Positions 39,359 to 51,295 of a stretch of 64,000 nucleotides of DNA are shown in pieces. This stretch comes from Chiloscyllium plagiosum (lineage: Eukaryota), in NCBI RefSeq assembly GCF_004010195.1, contig NC_057752.1, positions 11,379,160 to 11,443,159 on the forward strand, given 5' to 3'. Below the pieces are notes generated by a model, which saw only the letters and a list, made by a program, of their open reading frames with translations, did no database searches and was not told the DNA's origin. Made by a program: the position numbers and the translations under genes. Every line of letters begins with the position of its first letter. Within the stretch, counting starts at the first letter, position 1.

Positions 39359-40530
39359 GAGGGGAATGGCCTCTCAGGGGAAAGTAGCAGCAGGCTAAAT
39401 TCGATGCACCACTGTTGGCTGCACATGCAGAGAAGAAAGTGTGAGAAGGCAGTAGCAACAGGGGATTCAATTGTAAAAGGAACACCTCCAGATTTTCCAT
39501 GGTAGCACACAAGACTCCAGGAGCTGCCTGGTGGCAGGATGAAGGATGTCTCAGTGCGGCGGCAGGACATGCTGGATTGGGGAGGGTGAACAGCCAGAGG
39601 TTGTGGCACACATTGGGGCCAATGACTTTGGGAAGAAAAGGAATGAGGTGCTGGAAGCAGTATATAGGGAGCTAGGAAGCAAGTTAAAAACTTGGAGATT
39701 AAAGGTAATAATCTCAGGATTCGCCTCTCAAGGGCAACCGGGGGTGAGCAATAAATGCTGGCCAGCCAGCGACACCCAGATTCCACAAGAGAATAAACCA
39801 AATACCAGTGCTACATGCTAGTCAGCGTAAAAATGGCAGGATCTATCAGATGAACAAATGGCTGAAGAGATGATGTGATGGAGAGAGATTCAGGTTCCTG
39901 GGGCATTGGGAGTAGTTCTGAGGAAGATGGGACCAGTACAAACTGGATAGTGAGTGGCAGCCGGCTAGGATCACATGCCAGTGGATGTATTTGCTCGAGT
40001 GGTTGGGGATGGTATAAAGTGGCAAGGGGATGGGAACGTCGACAGTAGAGGGGGAACAAGGGCAAAAACAGAAGACAGAATGGGAAATAGGAAAAGTGAG
40101 AAGCACGGGTGTTAGGGCTGCCCAGTGGCTGAAAGCAACTTAAAATTGTTTTTCCATTCACATCAAATGGCTGGGGAAGATTTTTAGCTGAAGCAGCAGC
40201 TTGTTTGGTTTGATATTTGAAATCGTTCCACCCCAACAAAAGGATTCAAGCAACAGGATAAAACAATGGGACCAGGCTAAAAACATTCAGAGGACGAGCC
40301 TTAAGGCCTTCCCTTAATCCACGGAGCATTTGCAATGAAGTTGGTGAGTTAGTCGTGCACATGGATATTAACAGATCAGATGTAGTTGGGATTATGGAGA
40401 CATGGCTGCAGAATATCGAGGGGGTTTCAGGTTTTAAGGAGTACAGAGAAGAGGAAAAGGAAGTGGGGATCATTGTTGGTTAAACAGGACATCAATGCAA
40501 GTGTGAGGAAGGATATTAGCTCTGGTGAAG
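39359..40530 (+). mobile_element. CR1-type LINE 5' part: ORF1 SGNH esterase and start of the ORF2 endonuclease
   Basis: AVATGDSIVKGT and PEVVAHIGANDFGKKRNEVL..YRELGSKLK..KVIISG (esterase blocks). ..DVVGIMETWL at ~40380-40410. Confidence 0.85.
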
Positions 40531-40534
40531 TCGT

Positions 40535-42600
40535 AGAGTCAAAGAGTCAGAGATATGTACAACACAGAAACAGACTCTTTGGTCCAACTCATCCATGCTG
40601 ACAAGATATCCTAAATTAGTCCCATTTCCCTCTAAACCTTTCTTATTCATGTACCCAGATGCCTTTTAAATGTTTAAATTGTACCAGTCTTCACCACTTC
40701 CTCTGGCAACTCGTTCCATACACGCACCACCCTCTGTGTGAAAACTTTGCCCTTTAGGTCCCATTTAAATCTTTCCCCTCTCGCCTACCTTGGAAAGAAA
40801 GACCTTGGCTATTCACCCTATTCATGCCTCTCATGATTTTGTAAACCTCTATAAAGTCACCCCTCAGCCTCCGATGCTCCAGGAAAAACAGGCCCAGTCT
40901 ATTCAGCCTCTCGCCATAGCTTAAACCCTCCACCCCAGAAAATCCTTGTGAATCTTTCCTGAACCTTCTCAAGTTTCACAGCATCCTCCCTATAGCAGGG
41001 AGACCAGAACTGAGCACAGTATTCCAAATATGGCCTCACCAATGTCCTGTACAGCCGTAACACTATATTCCAACTCGTATACTCAATGCACTGACCAATA
41101 AAGGCAAGTGTACCAAATGCCTTCTTCACTGTCCTGTCTCCCTGTGACTCCACTTTCAAGGAACTATGACCTGCACCCCAAGGTCTCTTTGTTCAGCAAC
41201 ACTCCCCAGGACCTTACCATTGAGGTTCTAAGTCTTGCCCTGATTTGCCTTTCCAAAATGCAACACCTCACATTTATCTAAATTCAACTCCATTTGTCAC
41301 TCATTTGATCAAAGTCACATTGTACTTTGAGGTAGCCTTCTTCACAGTCCACCACATCATCAATTTTGGTGTCATCTGCAAACTTACTGACTATACCTCC
41401 TATTTTCACATCCAAATCATTTATATGCATCACAAAAAGCAATGGACTTAGCCCCAATCCTTGCGCCACACCACTGGGCACAGGCCTTCATTCTAAAAAG
41501 CAACCCTCCACCACCACCTTCTCTGTCTCCTATCTTCAAGCCAGTTATGTATTCAAATGGCTAGCTCTTCCTGGATTCCTTGTGATCTAATCTTGCTAGC
41601 CAGTATGCCATATGGAACCTTGTCAAACTCCTTGCTGAAGTCCATATCGACAATGAGCAAAATCTTGCCTTCATCAGTCTTCTTTATCGCTTTGTCAAAA
41701 AACTCAATCAAAGTAGTGAGACATGATTTCCCATGCACAAAGACACGTTGATTATCCCTAATATGTCTTTACCTTTCCAAATACATGTAAATCCTCAGAA
41801 TCCTCTTCAACAACTTACCCATCACTGATGTCAGGCCCCCCGGTCTATAGTTCCCTGGCTTTTCCTTACCACCTTTCTTACATGATGGCACTACATTGGC
41901 CTCCAATCTTCTGGCATCTCACCTGTGGCTACCAATGATACAAATATCTCAGCAAGATGCCCAGCAATCTCCTCCCTAGCTTCCCACAAAGATCTGGGAA
42001 ACAACTGATCAGGTCGTGGAGATTTATCTATTTTTATACATTTTAAGATGTCCAGTACACCTCCTCTGTAACATGGACACTTTTCAAGCTATCACTATTT
42101 ATTTCTCCAAGTACTCTGGCTTCTGTAGCCTTTTCCCACAGTAAATACTGGCACAAAACACTCATTTAATATATCACACATAGACGGCTTTGTTGATCCT
42201 ATTCTCTTCTTAATTACTCATTTGTCCTTAACATATTTGTCAAATCTCTGGATTCTCCTTAATCCTGTTTGCCAAAGTTATCTCTCATCCACTTTTTGCC
42301 CTCCTGATTTCCGTCTTGAGTATACTCCTACTGCCCTTGTACTCCTTTTGAGGTTCATTCGATTTCAGCTGTCTACCTGACATATGCCTCTTTTTTTTCT
42401 TGACCACAGCCTCAATTTCACTAGTCATCCAACTCGTCATTCCCTACACCTACCACCCTGCCCTTCACACTAACAGGAACATACAGTACTGTCTCTGGGC
42501 TCTCATTATCTCACTTTTGAAAGCCTCCTACTTTTCAAATGCCCCTTGATCTGTGAATAGCCTCTCCTTTTGAAAATTCTTGCCAAATGCCATCAAAATT
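40535..42600 (-). mobile_element. CR1-type LINE ORF2 fragment with 3' end
   Basis: HGKSCLTTLIEFF..DMDFSKEFDKVP, SKFADDTK and LYRTLVRPYLEYCAQFWSP. Confidence 0.9.
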
Positions 42601-42602
42601 AG

Positions 42603-42932
42603 TGATGGCTTAGCTGTATTGTTGCTGGACTGTTAATACAGAGACCCAGGTGATGTTTTGTGGATCTGGGTTCAAATCCCATCATGGCAGATGGTGGAAT
42701 TACAATTCAATGAAAATCTAGAATTAATAATGGCCATGAATCCATTGTTGATTATCAGGAAAAGCCCATCTGATTCACTGATATCCTTCAGGGAGGGAAA
42801 CTATCATTCTTACCTGGTTTGGCCTGCTTGTGACTCCAGGTGCATGGTAATGTGGTTGACTCTTAACTGCCCTCTGGGCAATTAAGGATGGGCATTAGAT
42901 GCTGGCACAGCCACATCCCATGAATGAATAAA
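42603..42932 (+). mobile_element. tRNA-derived SINE whose tail resembles the second LINE family 3' end
   Basis: B box GGTTCAAATCCC. The tail GGCAATTAAGGATGGGCA..ATGCTGGC..CACATCCCATGAATGAATAAA resembles the LINE 3' ends at ~31890-31930 (minus) and ~38000-38060. Confidence 0.7.
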
Positions 42933-42999
42933 CAAATGGCAAATTGACCAACAGGAGCAGTAGACCTGAGGATTGGGAGCAGTTTCGATTTCAGCAAAG

Positions 43000-43600
43000 G
43001 AGGACCAAGGGATTGATGAAGAGGAGGGAAATCGAGTACAAGAGTAAGCTCACAGGGAACATACAAACTGATCGTCAAAGTTTCCATAGGCCCTTAGAAA
43101 CAGGAATGTTCTAAACAGGAACAAAGAGATGGCAAACCAATTAAATTCACAAAGGAGGGCACCAATAATGTCCCAAAAATGTTGGGGATCACAGAGTCTA
43201 ATGAGAGGGAGGAACTGAAGGAAATCAGTATTAATAGGGAAATGGTATTGGGCAAATTGATGGATTAAAGGCTGATAAATCCCCAGGGCGACATCCCAGG
43301 GTAGTTGATGAAGTGGCCCTAGAAACAGTGGATGTATTGGTGGTCATCTTTCAGGATTCTTTAGACTTTGGAACAGTTACTATGGATTGCAGAGTAGCTA
43401 ATTTAACCCCATTATTTGAAAAAAGGAAGGTGAGAGGTTGACAGAGTTAGTGTTTCCACAGCAGTGACCCTTCTTCAGAACTTCACTGCACTCGAAACGT
43501 TAACTCTCTCTCTCTCTGCACAGATGCTGCCAGACCGGCTGAGTTTCTCCCGCGATTTCTGTTTACCTTTCAGATTTCCAGCCTCCTCAGCTCTTGGTTT
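43000..43600 (+). mobile_element. CR1 ORF2 fragment (~43000-43430) followed by a family B fold-back remnant (~43435-43600)
   Basis: LKADKSPG...DCRVANLTPLF. GACCCTTCTTCAGAACT / CACTCGAAACGTTAACT arms. Confidence 0.7.
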
Positions 43601-43761
43601 GACTGTACCAGTAGACAGCATGAATCAGCGGGTCATGTTACAAGCAATTTGGGTTAAAGCTGAATCTGCAACAACGTGAACTCGATCAACTGCCTGAAAC
43701 CTTCAGTAATAACTTTCTTTCAGCTCCCCACTTTAAGTTAAAAACCGATTTGATTCTAAAA

Positions 43762-43915
43762 AAGATGTGCAGGTTAGATGAATTGGCTATGCTAAAAATG
43801 TCCATAGAGTTAGGTGCATTAGTGAGGGCTAAATCTGGGGAATGAGTCTGGGTGGGTTACTCTTCGGAGGGTCGGTGTAAACTAGTTGGGCCGAAGGGCC
43901 TGTTTCCACACTGCA
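43762..43915 (+). mobile_element. 5'-truncated HE1-like SINE
   Basis: AAAGATGTGCAGGTTAG...CTCTTCGGAGGGTCGGTGT...GGCCGAAGGGCCTGTTTCCACACT, matching ~208-340. Confidence 0.8.
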
Positions 43916-44622
43916 TTCCCTTAACGATAATATGCACATTTCATTCAAATGACTCCCTGCTAAAGATAGATATAAATGTTTGAACATTCTATTATGTACC
44001 AGCTCTATTTTTTTTAACACTGAACAGTGCAGAGCACCGTTATGTTCTGCTCAGTCTATCTTGCAAAGGTATTTGCATATATTTTAAAATCAAGACCACC
44101 TTTACAAAAAAGACGTCAGATCGAATCAAACGGGATAAATATCTGGACCATTTCGTGACAGGAAATAAAACCTTTATGAATCAAAGACAAAATAATGACC
44201 TCCTTTTGGTTTCCAACGCTTTGGTGACAAACGATCTTTGTTGTCAGAGACGAAAACAGCAGCAATGTTTGGGTGAATGTGAGGAAACCACTCGCCTGCA
44301 AAACGTAGTAACCGAGGTTCCATAACCCCAACTCAATCGCATTCGGTGCCAGAAAGCTCCATTTGTCTGAGATATGTGTCAGAGACCATTGCCGCTGGGG
44401 AACGTATCTGTTAAACCAAGTTCTAACATATTAATGCCAGACATCACAGTGCTATCAGTTCCTGTGAGGGTGACTGTGGTTTGGTGTTGCTGTATTTGTG
44501 ATTCGCTCGAGATGCAATGAGTCCGTGTTTAACACCAGAGAGCAGATGCAAGATGCCGATCAGAGGAGATTGACTCAGCACTGATCTTGCCCATTCTGTA
44601 GACAAGGAATCTCTCGGGTAAG

Positions 44623-44833
44623 GAGAAAGTGAGGTCTGCAGATGCTGGAGATCAAAGTTGAAACTTTATTGCTGGAACAGCACAGCAGGTCAGGCAGCAT
44701 CCAGGGAACAGGAGATTCGACGTTTCGGGCACAGGCCCTTCTTCAGGAAGAAGGGCCTGTGCCCGAAACGTCGAATCTCCTGTGTTCCCTGGATGCTGCC
44801 TGACCTGCTGTGCTGTTCCAGCAATAAAGTTTC
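44623..44833. mobile_element. Young family A fold-back mini-element with a 14-bp TSD
   Basis: Arms 44659-44744 and 44747-44834 are reverse complements except for a 2-nt indel. TSD ATCTCTCGGGTAAG (44609-44622 and 44834-44847). Hammerhead motif on the minus strand at 44715-44750. Confidence 0.92.
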
Positions 44834-45420
44834 ATCTCTCGGGTAAGTCCCTGCTGAATAAATGAGAAGCAAGCAGGCTGGAGAAATGGGAATGTTGTTA
44901 ATTGGGAGGCAAGTTCTTCACACCGACGGGCTATTTTACAACCCTGCCTAGATGTTTCTTTAAAAAAAAAAGCACAGAGCCTTCGTTCAGGGTGCTGTGA
45001 TTCTTGCTGGCTTCACCCTTTCTCCAACATTACTCTCCACGTAGGCGCACCCACCCTGCTGCTGATGGGGATTTTCACGTTGATACTGAGGAACACTCCT
45101 GTGTCAGTGGCGGAGGGATTGGACGCCGAAGGTGCTGCATGTGATGGCAGTAAAGCAGGAGGCTGTGGGTTCTGGGTGTTTCTTGGAAGTTGTTTGAGTC
45201 ACGCTTGTCCAGAAAAAGGGAGACGATTCCATCTCATTCCTGACTTGGAGCTGGTGGGGCGGATTCGAGTGGACAGGAAATAAATTACTTTGCAGAATAC
45301 GCCCAACCTCTGACCTGTTCTTTCAGTGAGAACATTTCTCTGGCTACCTGAGGATTGGTTAGAATAGGACGCTTGGGTAGGTATATGAATAGGAAGGGTT
45401 TTAGAGGGATATGGGCAAAG

Positions 45421-46397
45421 GGTCTACTTTTTGTCATTTACATAAATGATTTGGATGCGATCATAAGAGGTACAGTTAGTAAGTTTGCAGATGACACCAA
45501 AATTGGAGGCGTAGTGGACAGCGAAGAGGGTTACCTCAGATTACAACAGGATCTTGACCAGATGGACTGAGAAGTGGCAGATGGAGTTTAATTCAGATAA
45601 ATGCCAGGTGCTGCATTTTGGGAAAGCAAATCTTAGCAGGACTAATACACTTTATGGTAAGGTCCTGAGGAGTGTTGCTGAACAAAGAGACCTTGGAGTG
45701 CAGGTTCATAGCTCCTTGAAAGTGGAGTCGCAGGTAGATAGGATAGTGAAGAAGGTGTTTGGTATGCTTTCCTTTATTGGTCAGAGTATTGAGTAGAGGA
45801 GTTGGGAGGTCATGTTGCGGCTGTACAGGACGTTGGTTAGACCACTGTTGGAATATTGCTTGCAATTCTGTTCTCCTTCCTATCGGAAAGATGTTGTGAA
45901 ACTTGAAAGGGTTCAGAAAAGATTTACAAGGATGTTGCCAGGGTTGGAGGATTTGAGCTATAGGGAGAGGCTGGACAGGCTGGGGCTGTTTTCCCTGGAG
46001 TGTCGGAGGCTGAGCGGTGACCTTATAGAGGTTTACAAAATCATGAGGGGAATGGATATATGTTCCTCATGTGGACTCTTTTCCCTGAGGTGGGGGAGTC
46101 CAGAACTAGAGGGCATAGGTTTAGGGTGAGAGGGGAAAGATATAAAAGGGACCTAAGGGGCAACTTTTTCACGCAGAGGGTGGTACGTGTATGGAATGAG
46201 CTGCCTGAGGAAGTGGTGGAGGCTGGTACAATTGCAACATTTAAGAGGCATTTGGATGGGTATATGAATAGGAAGGGTTTGGAGGGATATGGGCCGGGTG
46301 CTGGCTGGTGGGACCAGATTGGGTTGGGACATCTGGTCGGCATGGATGGGTTGGACCGAAGGGTCTGTTTCCGTGCTGCCCATCTCTATGATTCTAC
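45421..46397 (+). mobile_element. Young 5'-truncated CR1-type (HER1-like) LINE
   Basis: LFVIYINDLD..SKFADDTKIGG, LYRTLVRPLLEYC and RTRGHRFRVRGERYKRDLRGNFFTQRVV. CTCTATGATTCTA tail. Confidence 0.93.
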
Positions 46398-47340
46398 GGT
46401 TTGCCAATTTCTGCTCACCCCGCAGGTTCGATTCTCACACTGACTAAAGGGAGCATCAAGAGCTCTCTTTCCCAATCTTTCCCCTCCCTTGAGGCACGAT
46501 GACCCCCAGGTTAAACCACCACCCCGTCGCCCGTGTTTCTCCCTAATGAGAGAGCCGCCCTAAGGTCCATTCGGGCTTTACCTTCCCTTTATATACCTGT
46601 TCAGTTTCTGAAATTAGTGCTCCTTCATTGAACTGGAGAGAAATCTTTCTTTTCTCTCAGAAAAGGTTTACTGGAGCTGATTTATGACCTGCGAGAAATG
46701 AGAGAATTGAGTTCCATCATGGATTAGCATGAGCTGTTCTGGTTAAAAACCGTTAAGTGTGACTGTATTAAGGTCGAAGTGTTATCCCGTTTTGCTCCCT
46801 CCACAAATAATTTTTAAATCTGGGTCATTTTCAGTTCGGTTAGCCGACTGCTGTGTTATACGTGTAAGGCATTTTATTTAAATGATAATTGAGCAATTCG
46901 GGCAGGACTGAAATAGCAGCAGAATCGCGGAGAGACGCATTTAATACGTGGTGAGGTGTAATTCAAAGAATTTCGCAGTGATGGGACGAGGCAATGTTAG
47001 ATATTATTCCAAAATTCGTGCATATTCCATGGAACTAGGAACTGCGAGCGCATGTCGAGAACAGTTAATGAAACATAGGTTTTAGATACTTCGTTGTTCA
47101 GGACAGAAACGGGTAACTTCTGCTGAACCTGTGTAAATACCTGCTTCAGCTGATATTGTTGTCTTCGGTTCTGCTGACAACATTTTCGGAAGGATAGGAG
47201 GGTGTTTGAATGATTCGATGGAGTAGTTTACGGGAAGTTAGAAGCCCACCCTGATGTTAGTTTATATTTAATGGCGTTGCGATGAAAATGGAGGTGAATG
47301 CAGGCCATGCCTATTGGAGATAGTGTAGACCAACACTACC

Positions 47341-47468
47341 CTGGTGAAGGGCTCTTACCCGAAACCTGGACTCTCCTGCTCCCTCGGATGCTGCCTGACC
47401 TGCTGTGCTTTTCCAGCACCACCCTCTCGACTCTGATCTCCAGCATCTTCAAGTCTTCACTTTCTCCG
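47341..47468 (+). mobile_element. Family A 3'-end fragment
   Basis: CTGGTGAAGGGCTCTTACCCGAAACC...CTCCAGCATC..CACTTTCTCC. The hammerhead core is mutated. Confidence 0.75.
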
Positions 47469-47899
47469 AGACAAACACACTATGTCAGCTGAAAATTCAC
47501 GGTTGTCCGGTTGTAAGCTTTCTGTGAGAGCCACAGGTCTGGTCCTGTTGGGGAGGATTGGTGTCATTCAATGAGTCCGTTACCGGCACTTGGCTCACCA
47601 ATTGCTGACTATGTCAATCTCCCTGTCCAGGAGATGGATCCATGTATCTACATCGTGTCCTGTCTGAGACTGACAGAAAGGTCTACCCTCGCGTCGATAA
47701 TAACAATAATAAAAATAAACTGCTGGAATATCAGAAACAAAGCAGAAATTGCTGGACAAAGCTCAGCAGGTCTGGCAGCATCCAGGGAGAGAAAGCAGAA
47801 TTATCATTCAGAGAGTGAAATCCTGCCGAGGGTCTCTGGACCCCAAATGCTAACTTTGCTTTCCCCCCGACAGAGCCAGCAATTTCTGCTTTTGAACCT

Positions 47900-48390
47900 C
47901 GTGTTGGTGTTCGGTCTGAAACTTTATATCTTGAACTCAATCATATTGCTTCCTTTAAATCCTTCGGTGGTCTATCTGTTGGGCATTACCTTCTCTCTGC
48001 CTGTTTTGAACTTACTACTTTGCAAAACAAACCTGGCATCTGTCCCACCGTCTTCCCTTTACTCCTTGCAAGTGCCATTTCCACTTGCACATGTGCTTTC
48101 TGATCGACGTTGGTTTTGGGCCATACAATACCTGAATCACAGCATTGTAAGGTCGTTCTCCAATCCTTCCATGCGTTTTGGTTTTCTCTCTCTTTCCAGT
48201 TCCAGTTCCAATCGTAGGGAGCTCAGAGGTAACTGCGCTGCAATGATTCTGTCACGGTGTGCATCCTCCAATAGCGATTGCACCACCATTGTTTCACGAA
48301 ATACCAGACTCTGGCAACTGTCCCTACCTCTGTATCTCTCCTTTAGCACATTTCTGAGATGTGACCTCTTTGGTTCAATTTTTGGTCATC
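47900..48390 (-). mobile_element. Probable degenerate CR1 ORF1 N-terminal remnant
   Basis: Minus-strand AQLPLSSLRLELELERERK resembles the CR1 ORF1 coiled coil. Stops occur downstream in this frame. Confidence 0.35.
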
Positions 48391-48403
48391 TGGGCCGATA
48401 TCT

Positions 48404-48586
48404 ATGATGTGGAGGTGCCCCTGTTGGGATGGAAGAGTGTGATGCTGGAAAAGCACAGCCGGTCAGGCAGCATCCAGAGGTGCAGGAGAGTCAACGTTTC
48501 GGGCATAAGCCCTTCATCAGGACAAAGTTAAAAAAAATCACCCAACACCAGATTATAGTCCAACAGGTTTATGTGGAAGTACATTT
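48404..48586 (-). mobile_element. Family C terminal fragment containing a nested family A fragment (~48431-48520)
   Basis: TSD GGCCGATATCT (48393-48403 and 48587-48597). The C-type sequence (GGAGGTGCC..TGTTGG / ACAAAGTTAAAAA..CACC..TTATAGTCCAACAGGTTTA) is split by an A-type segment. Confidence 0.75.
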
Positions 48587-48699
48587 GGCCGATATCTCCC
48601 AGTGGCAGTGTCATGATTGTTTGATTTTGTTTCTATCAAATGCCTCGGGTGCATCATGAATTATTTTTTTCTTGCGTTATAAGACCCCAGAGACTGGGG

Positions 48700-48915
48700 A
48701 TGGCTCTTGTGGAGCAGTGGTAGTGTCTCTAGCTTTGACCCAGGGTAAAAGTGCCGCCTGCTCCTTAGGTCTGTGGTAACACCTCTGAAAGGGTTGGTTC
48801 GGGGAATATCTACCCTGCGGAGCTAAGGCTATTGTGGCGCAGTGGTAGTGTTTTTCCCTGGAGCCTGGAGCTCAAATCCCACCTGCTCCAGAGGCGTATA
48901 ATACCAGTTCTGAGG
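48700..48915 (+). mobile_element. Two tandem degenerate tRNA-derived SINE heads
   Basis: GGCT.TTGTGG.GCAGTGGTAGTGT occurs twice (~48702 and ~48827), each followed by CCTGCTCC. A related piece lies at ~63590-63660. Confidence 0.5.
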
Positions 48916-48959
48916 CTCTAAGGATGCAATGAGTGTAGGAGAAACGCGGCCAAATTTAT

Positions 48960-49740
48960 TTATTGACAAAAATAAGTCATTTTAAGATATTGAAGTGCTG
49001 CCTGTTAACAGAGAAGTGCAGATACTACACAATTGATGAAAAATAAAGTTGTAACGATATGACCAGCAACTTTTGTCTCACCAATATAACCCCCATTGAT
49101 GGGGGAACATCAGGATTAATAACCAGAGGTAAACGTAACAGTTACTTTGGAACATTTCATGCAACTCAAGATTGACATTTTGACTAAAATCTAACTTGGC
49201 TGAATTTAAAAAAAAATGTTTGATGTTTGCAAAAAGAAAAGAAGAAAGAATCTCCAGAAAACGTTTGACTACGGTCCTCACAGGAGCCTTCGGTTTGATA
49301 GAACAGTCAGTTGTAGGACGTATGGAAGAAAGTAAGGGTCAATAGGCTGAAGGTAGTGGTGGATATTGTATTTTTTGAACGAGGGAAAATCTCGAGGGTC
49401 TTCGGGGTTGTTGTCGGCGGGGTGGGGGGGTTCTCTGATTAGTTTGACATCCATTGGGAGTGGGGAAGTGGTGAGCAAAATCCCAAAACAGCGGAGTAAA
49501 CCAGAACTGGGAGACCTTGAGAACTGTTAAGAGGACAATGTTCAAAGGCGGACAACACAGAAAGCGTGAAGGACTAATTGGGAGATGGACGGATAGAATT
49601 GAATGCATGGAGGTGCAAAGTGGTTCCATTTTGTTGGAAATGAATACGAGGAGTGTCAACAAAGGGGAACAGGTCGACTGCGCAGTTCGAAGCCAAACCA
49701 GCCTGTAATAAAGTTCACGTTCCGAGTCTAGTGGCCCTTC
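48960..49740 (-). mobile_element. Degenerate L1/Tx1-like ORF2 C-terminal remnant
   Basis: Minus-strand GPLDSERELYYRLVWLR resembles the L1 GGL.LP...YY motif. Heavily disrupted. Confidence 0.35.
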
Positions 49741-50297
49741 TGACTCTCCACAAATCCTGCCCACATTTGCTGAGTTTCACCAGCAATTCTGTTTTTGTTT
49801 CTGCACAGTTTTATTTACAGGGTTTTTTTTTAACTAAATTCGTTACATGTGGCAGGTCATATTGGAGCGCGGTCATCAAAACGTAAAGGATTCGCGGGCT
49901 TTATATATTGGAGTTTATGGAAACCAAGCCAAGCACGTTCTGAAGAATTGCTGAATACACAGATAGTCCTCAACTCGATTATTCTGTTTATTATTATTCA
50001 GATCTCCGGCACCTGCAGTTGTTTATTTTATTTTGTAGCTTCCATGTTATGAGTTGCTCAACTTGCAAGAACAACATATTTAGCAGCAAGATGTCTTCTG
50101 CAGAGGAGCTGCAATTTGCCTACCAAGAAACGGAGTGGAAAAATGTCGTGAGGAGGGCTAGATGTCTTGCCTGCCACGAGATCTGATAGTGATTCCCAGC
50201 GAAATTCCCGGTGACACCGCCAGTTAGAATGAAGTACGGTGCTTGTTGTGAAATAATTTCTTCATATATTCAGTGAGATCGGACCCACTTTCTCGTC

Positions 50298-50340
50298 ATG
50301 AGGAGTTGGATGTTCATTTCCCTCCTGATATTGACAGAAG
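50298..50340 (+). CDS. Siglec/MAG-like Ig gene, signal-peptide exon MRSWMFISLLILTE(G)
   Basis: ATG at 50298, hydrophobic leader, phase-1 donor G|GTATGT in frame with the V-set exon. Confidence 0.8.
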
Positions 50341-50904
50341 GTATGTTTCTTACCTTTCAGTAATGGTCCACTGGCGTTAATTTCGGTCATTTAGGCATAT
50401 TGTTCCTTTCAGAAGAACGGTCACTGGACTCGAAACGTTTTTTTTTTCTCCACAGGTGCTGCCAGACCTGCTGAGGTTCTCCAGCTATTTCTGTTTTTGT
50501 TTAGGATATTCTCTCAGGCACATTTCATTGATCATTTGTGTGAATATAAAGAGATAGACACTTCGTGAATGTAGAAGCGGGCTTAGCAGTTATAATTCAA
50601 TGTGCTTATCTGTCTATCGGTCTTTTCATTTGGATGCAGCGTATGTTCTATTACATAGTAACTAACATTGAAATTCATGTTTGAATTTATTTAAGGGCAA
50701 TTTAGTGTTTTTTTTCTGTTGTGTTTTTATTGACTTATCATGAACTTCACTGAATATTGCAGAGCTTGATTTTTAATGGGTCTGCATATTTGTTGAGTTT
50801 TAAGTGTGCGTATAGTTGACTTATAAATCGGACATGGAATCGATGCACGAGTGAACAGTTTAGTAACCACCCTTGGTATTATCGAATGGTTTTGCAAAAT
50901 ACCT

Positions 50905-51194
50905 TACCTGGAGACTAGGACCCGTGGACACAGCCTTAGAATTAGGGGGGGGGGGGGTAAATTCACAACAGAAATGCGGAGACATTTCTTCAGCCAGAGA
51001 GTGGTGGGCCTGTGGAATTCATTGCCACAGAGTGCAGTGGAGGCTGGGACGCTAAATGTCTTCAAGGCAGAGATTGATAAATTCTTGATGTCACAAGGAA
51101 TTAAGGGCTACAGGGAGAATGCGGGTAAGTGGAGTTGAAATGCCCATCAGCCATGATTGAATGGCCTTACTTCCGCTCCTATGTCTTATGGTCT
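50905..51194 (+). mobile_element. CR1-type LINE 3' end in the intron after the leader exon
   Basis: Same family as 14631-14950, in reverse orientation. TCTTATGGTCTT tail. Confidence 0.9.
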
Positions 51195-51295
51195 TCAATT
51201 GTGATTGCGATTGTTAACACTGAAGTATGTTTAAGGAATTGCAATCATTTAAAAAAAAATCTAACTAAAGCAATTGTATTTTTTTGATTTCTCAG

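Noticed and set aside
38800..39801. Long ORFs of 232-333 aa
   Set aside because: They span the second N gap, and the real sequence is a CR1 ORF1 remnant.
47571..48407. 278-aa plus-strand ORF with hydrophobic stretches
   Set aside because: It runs through a family B repeat and the antisense of a probable CR1 ORF1 remnant. No recognisable domain or exon structure.
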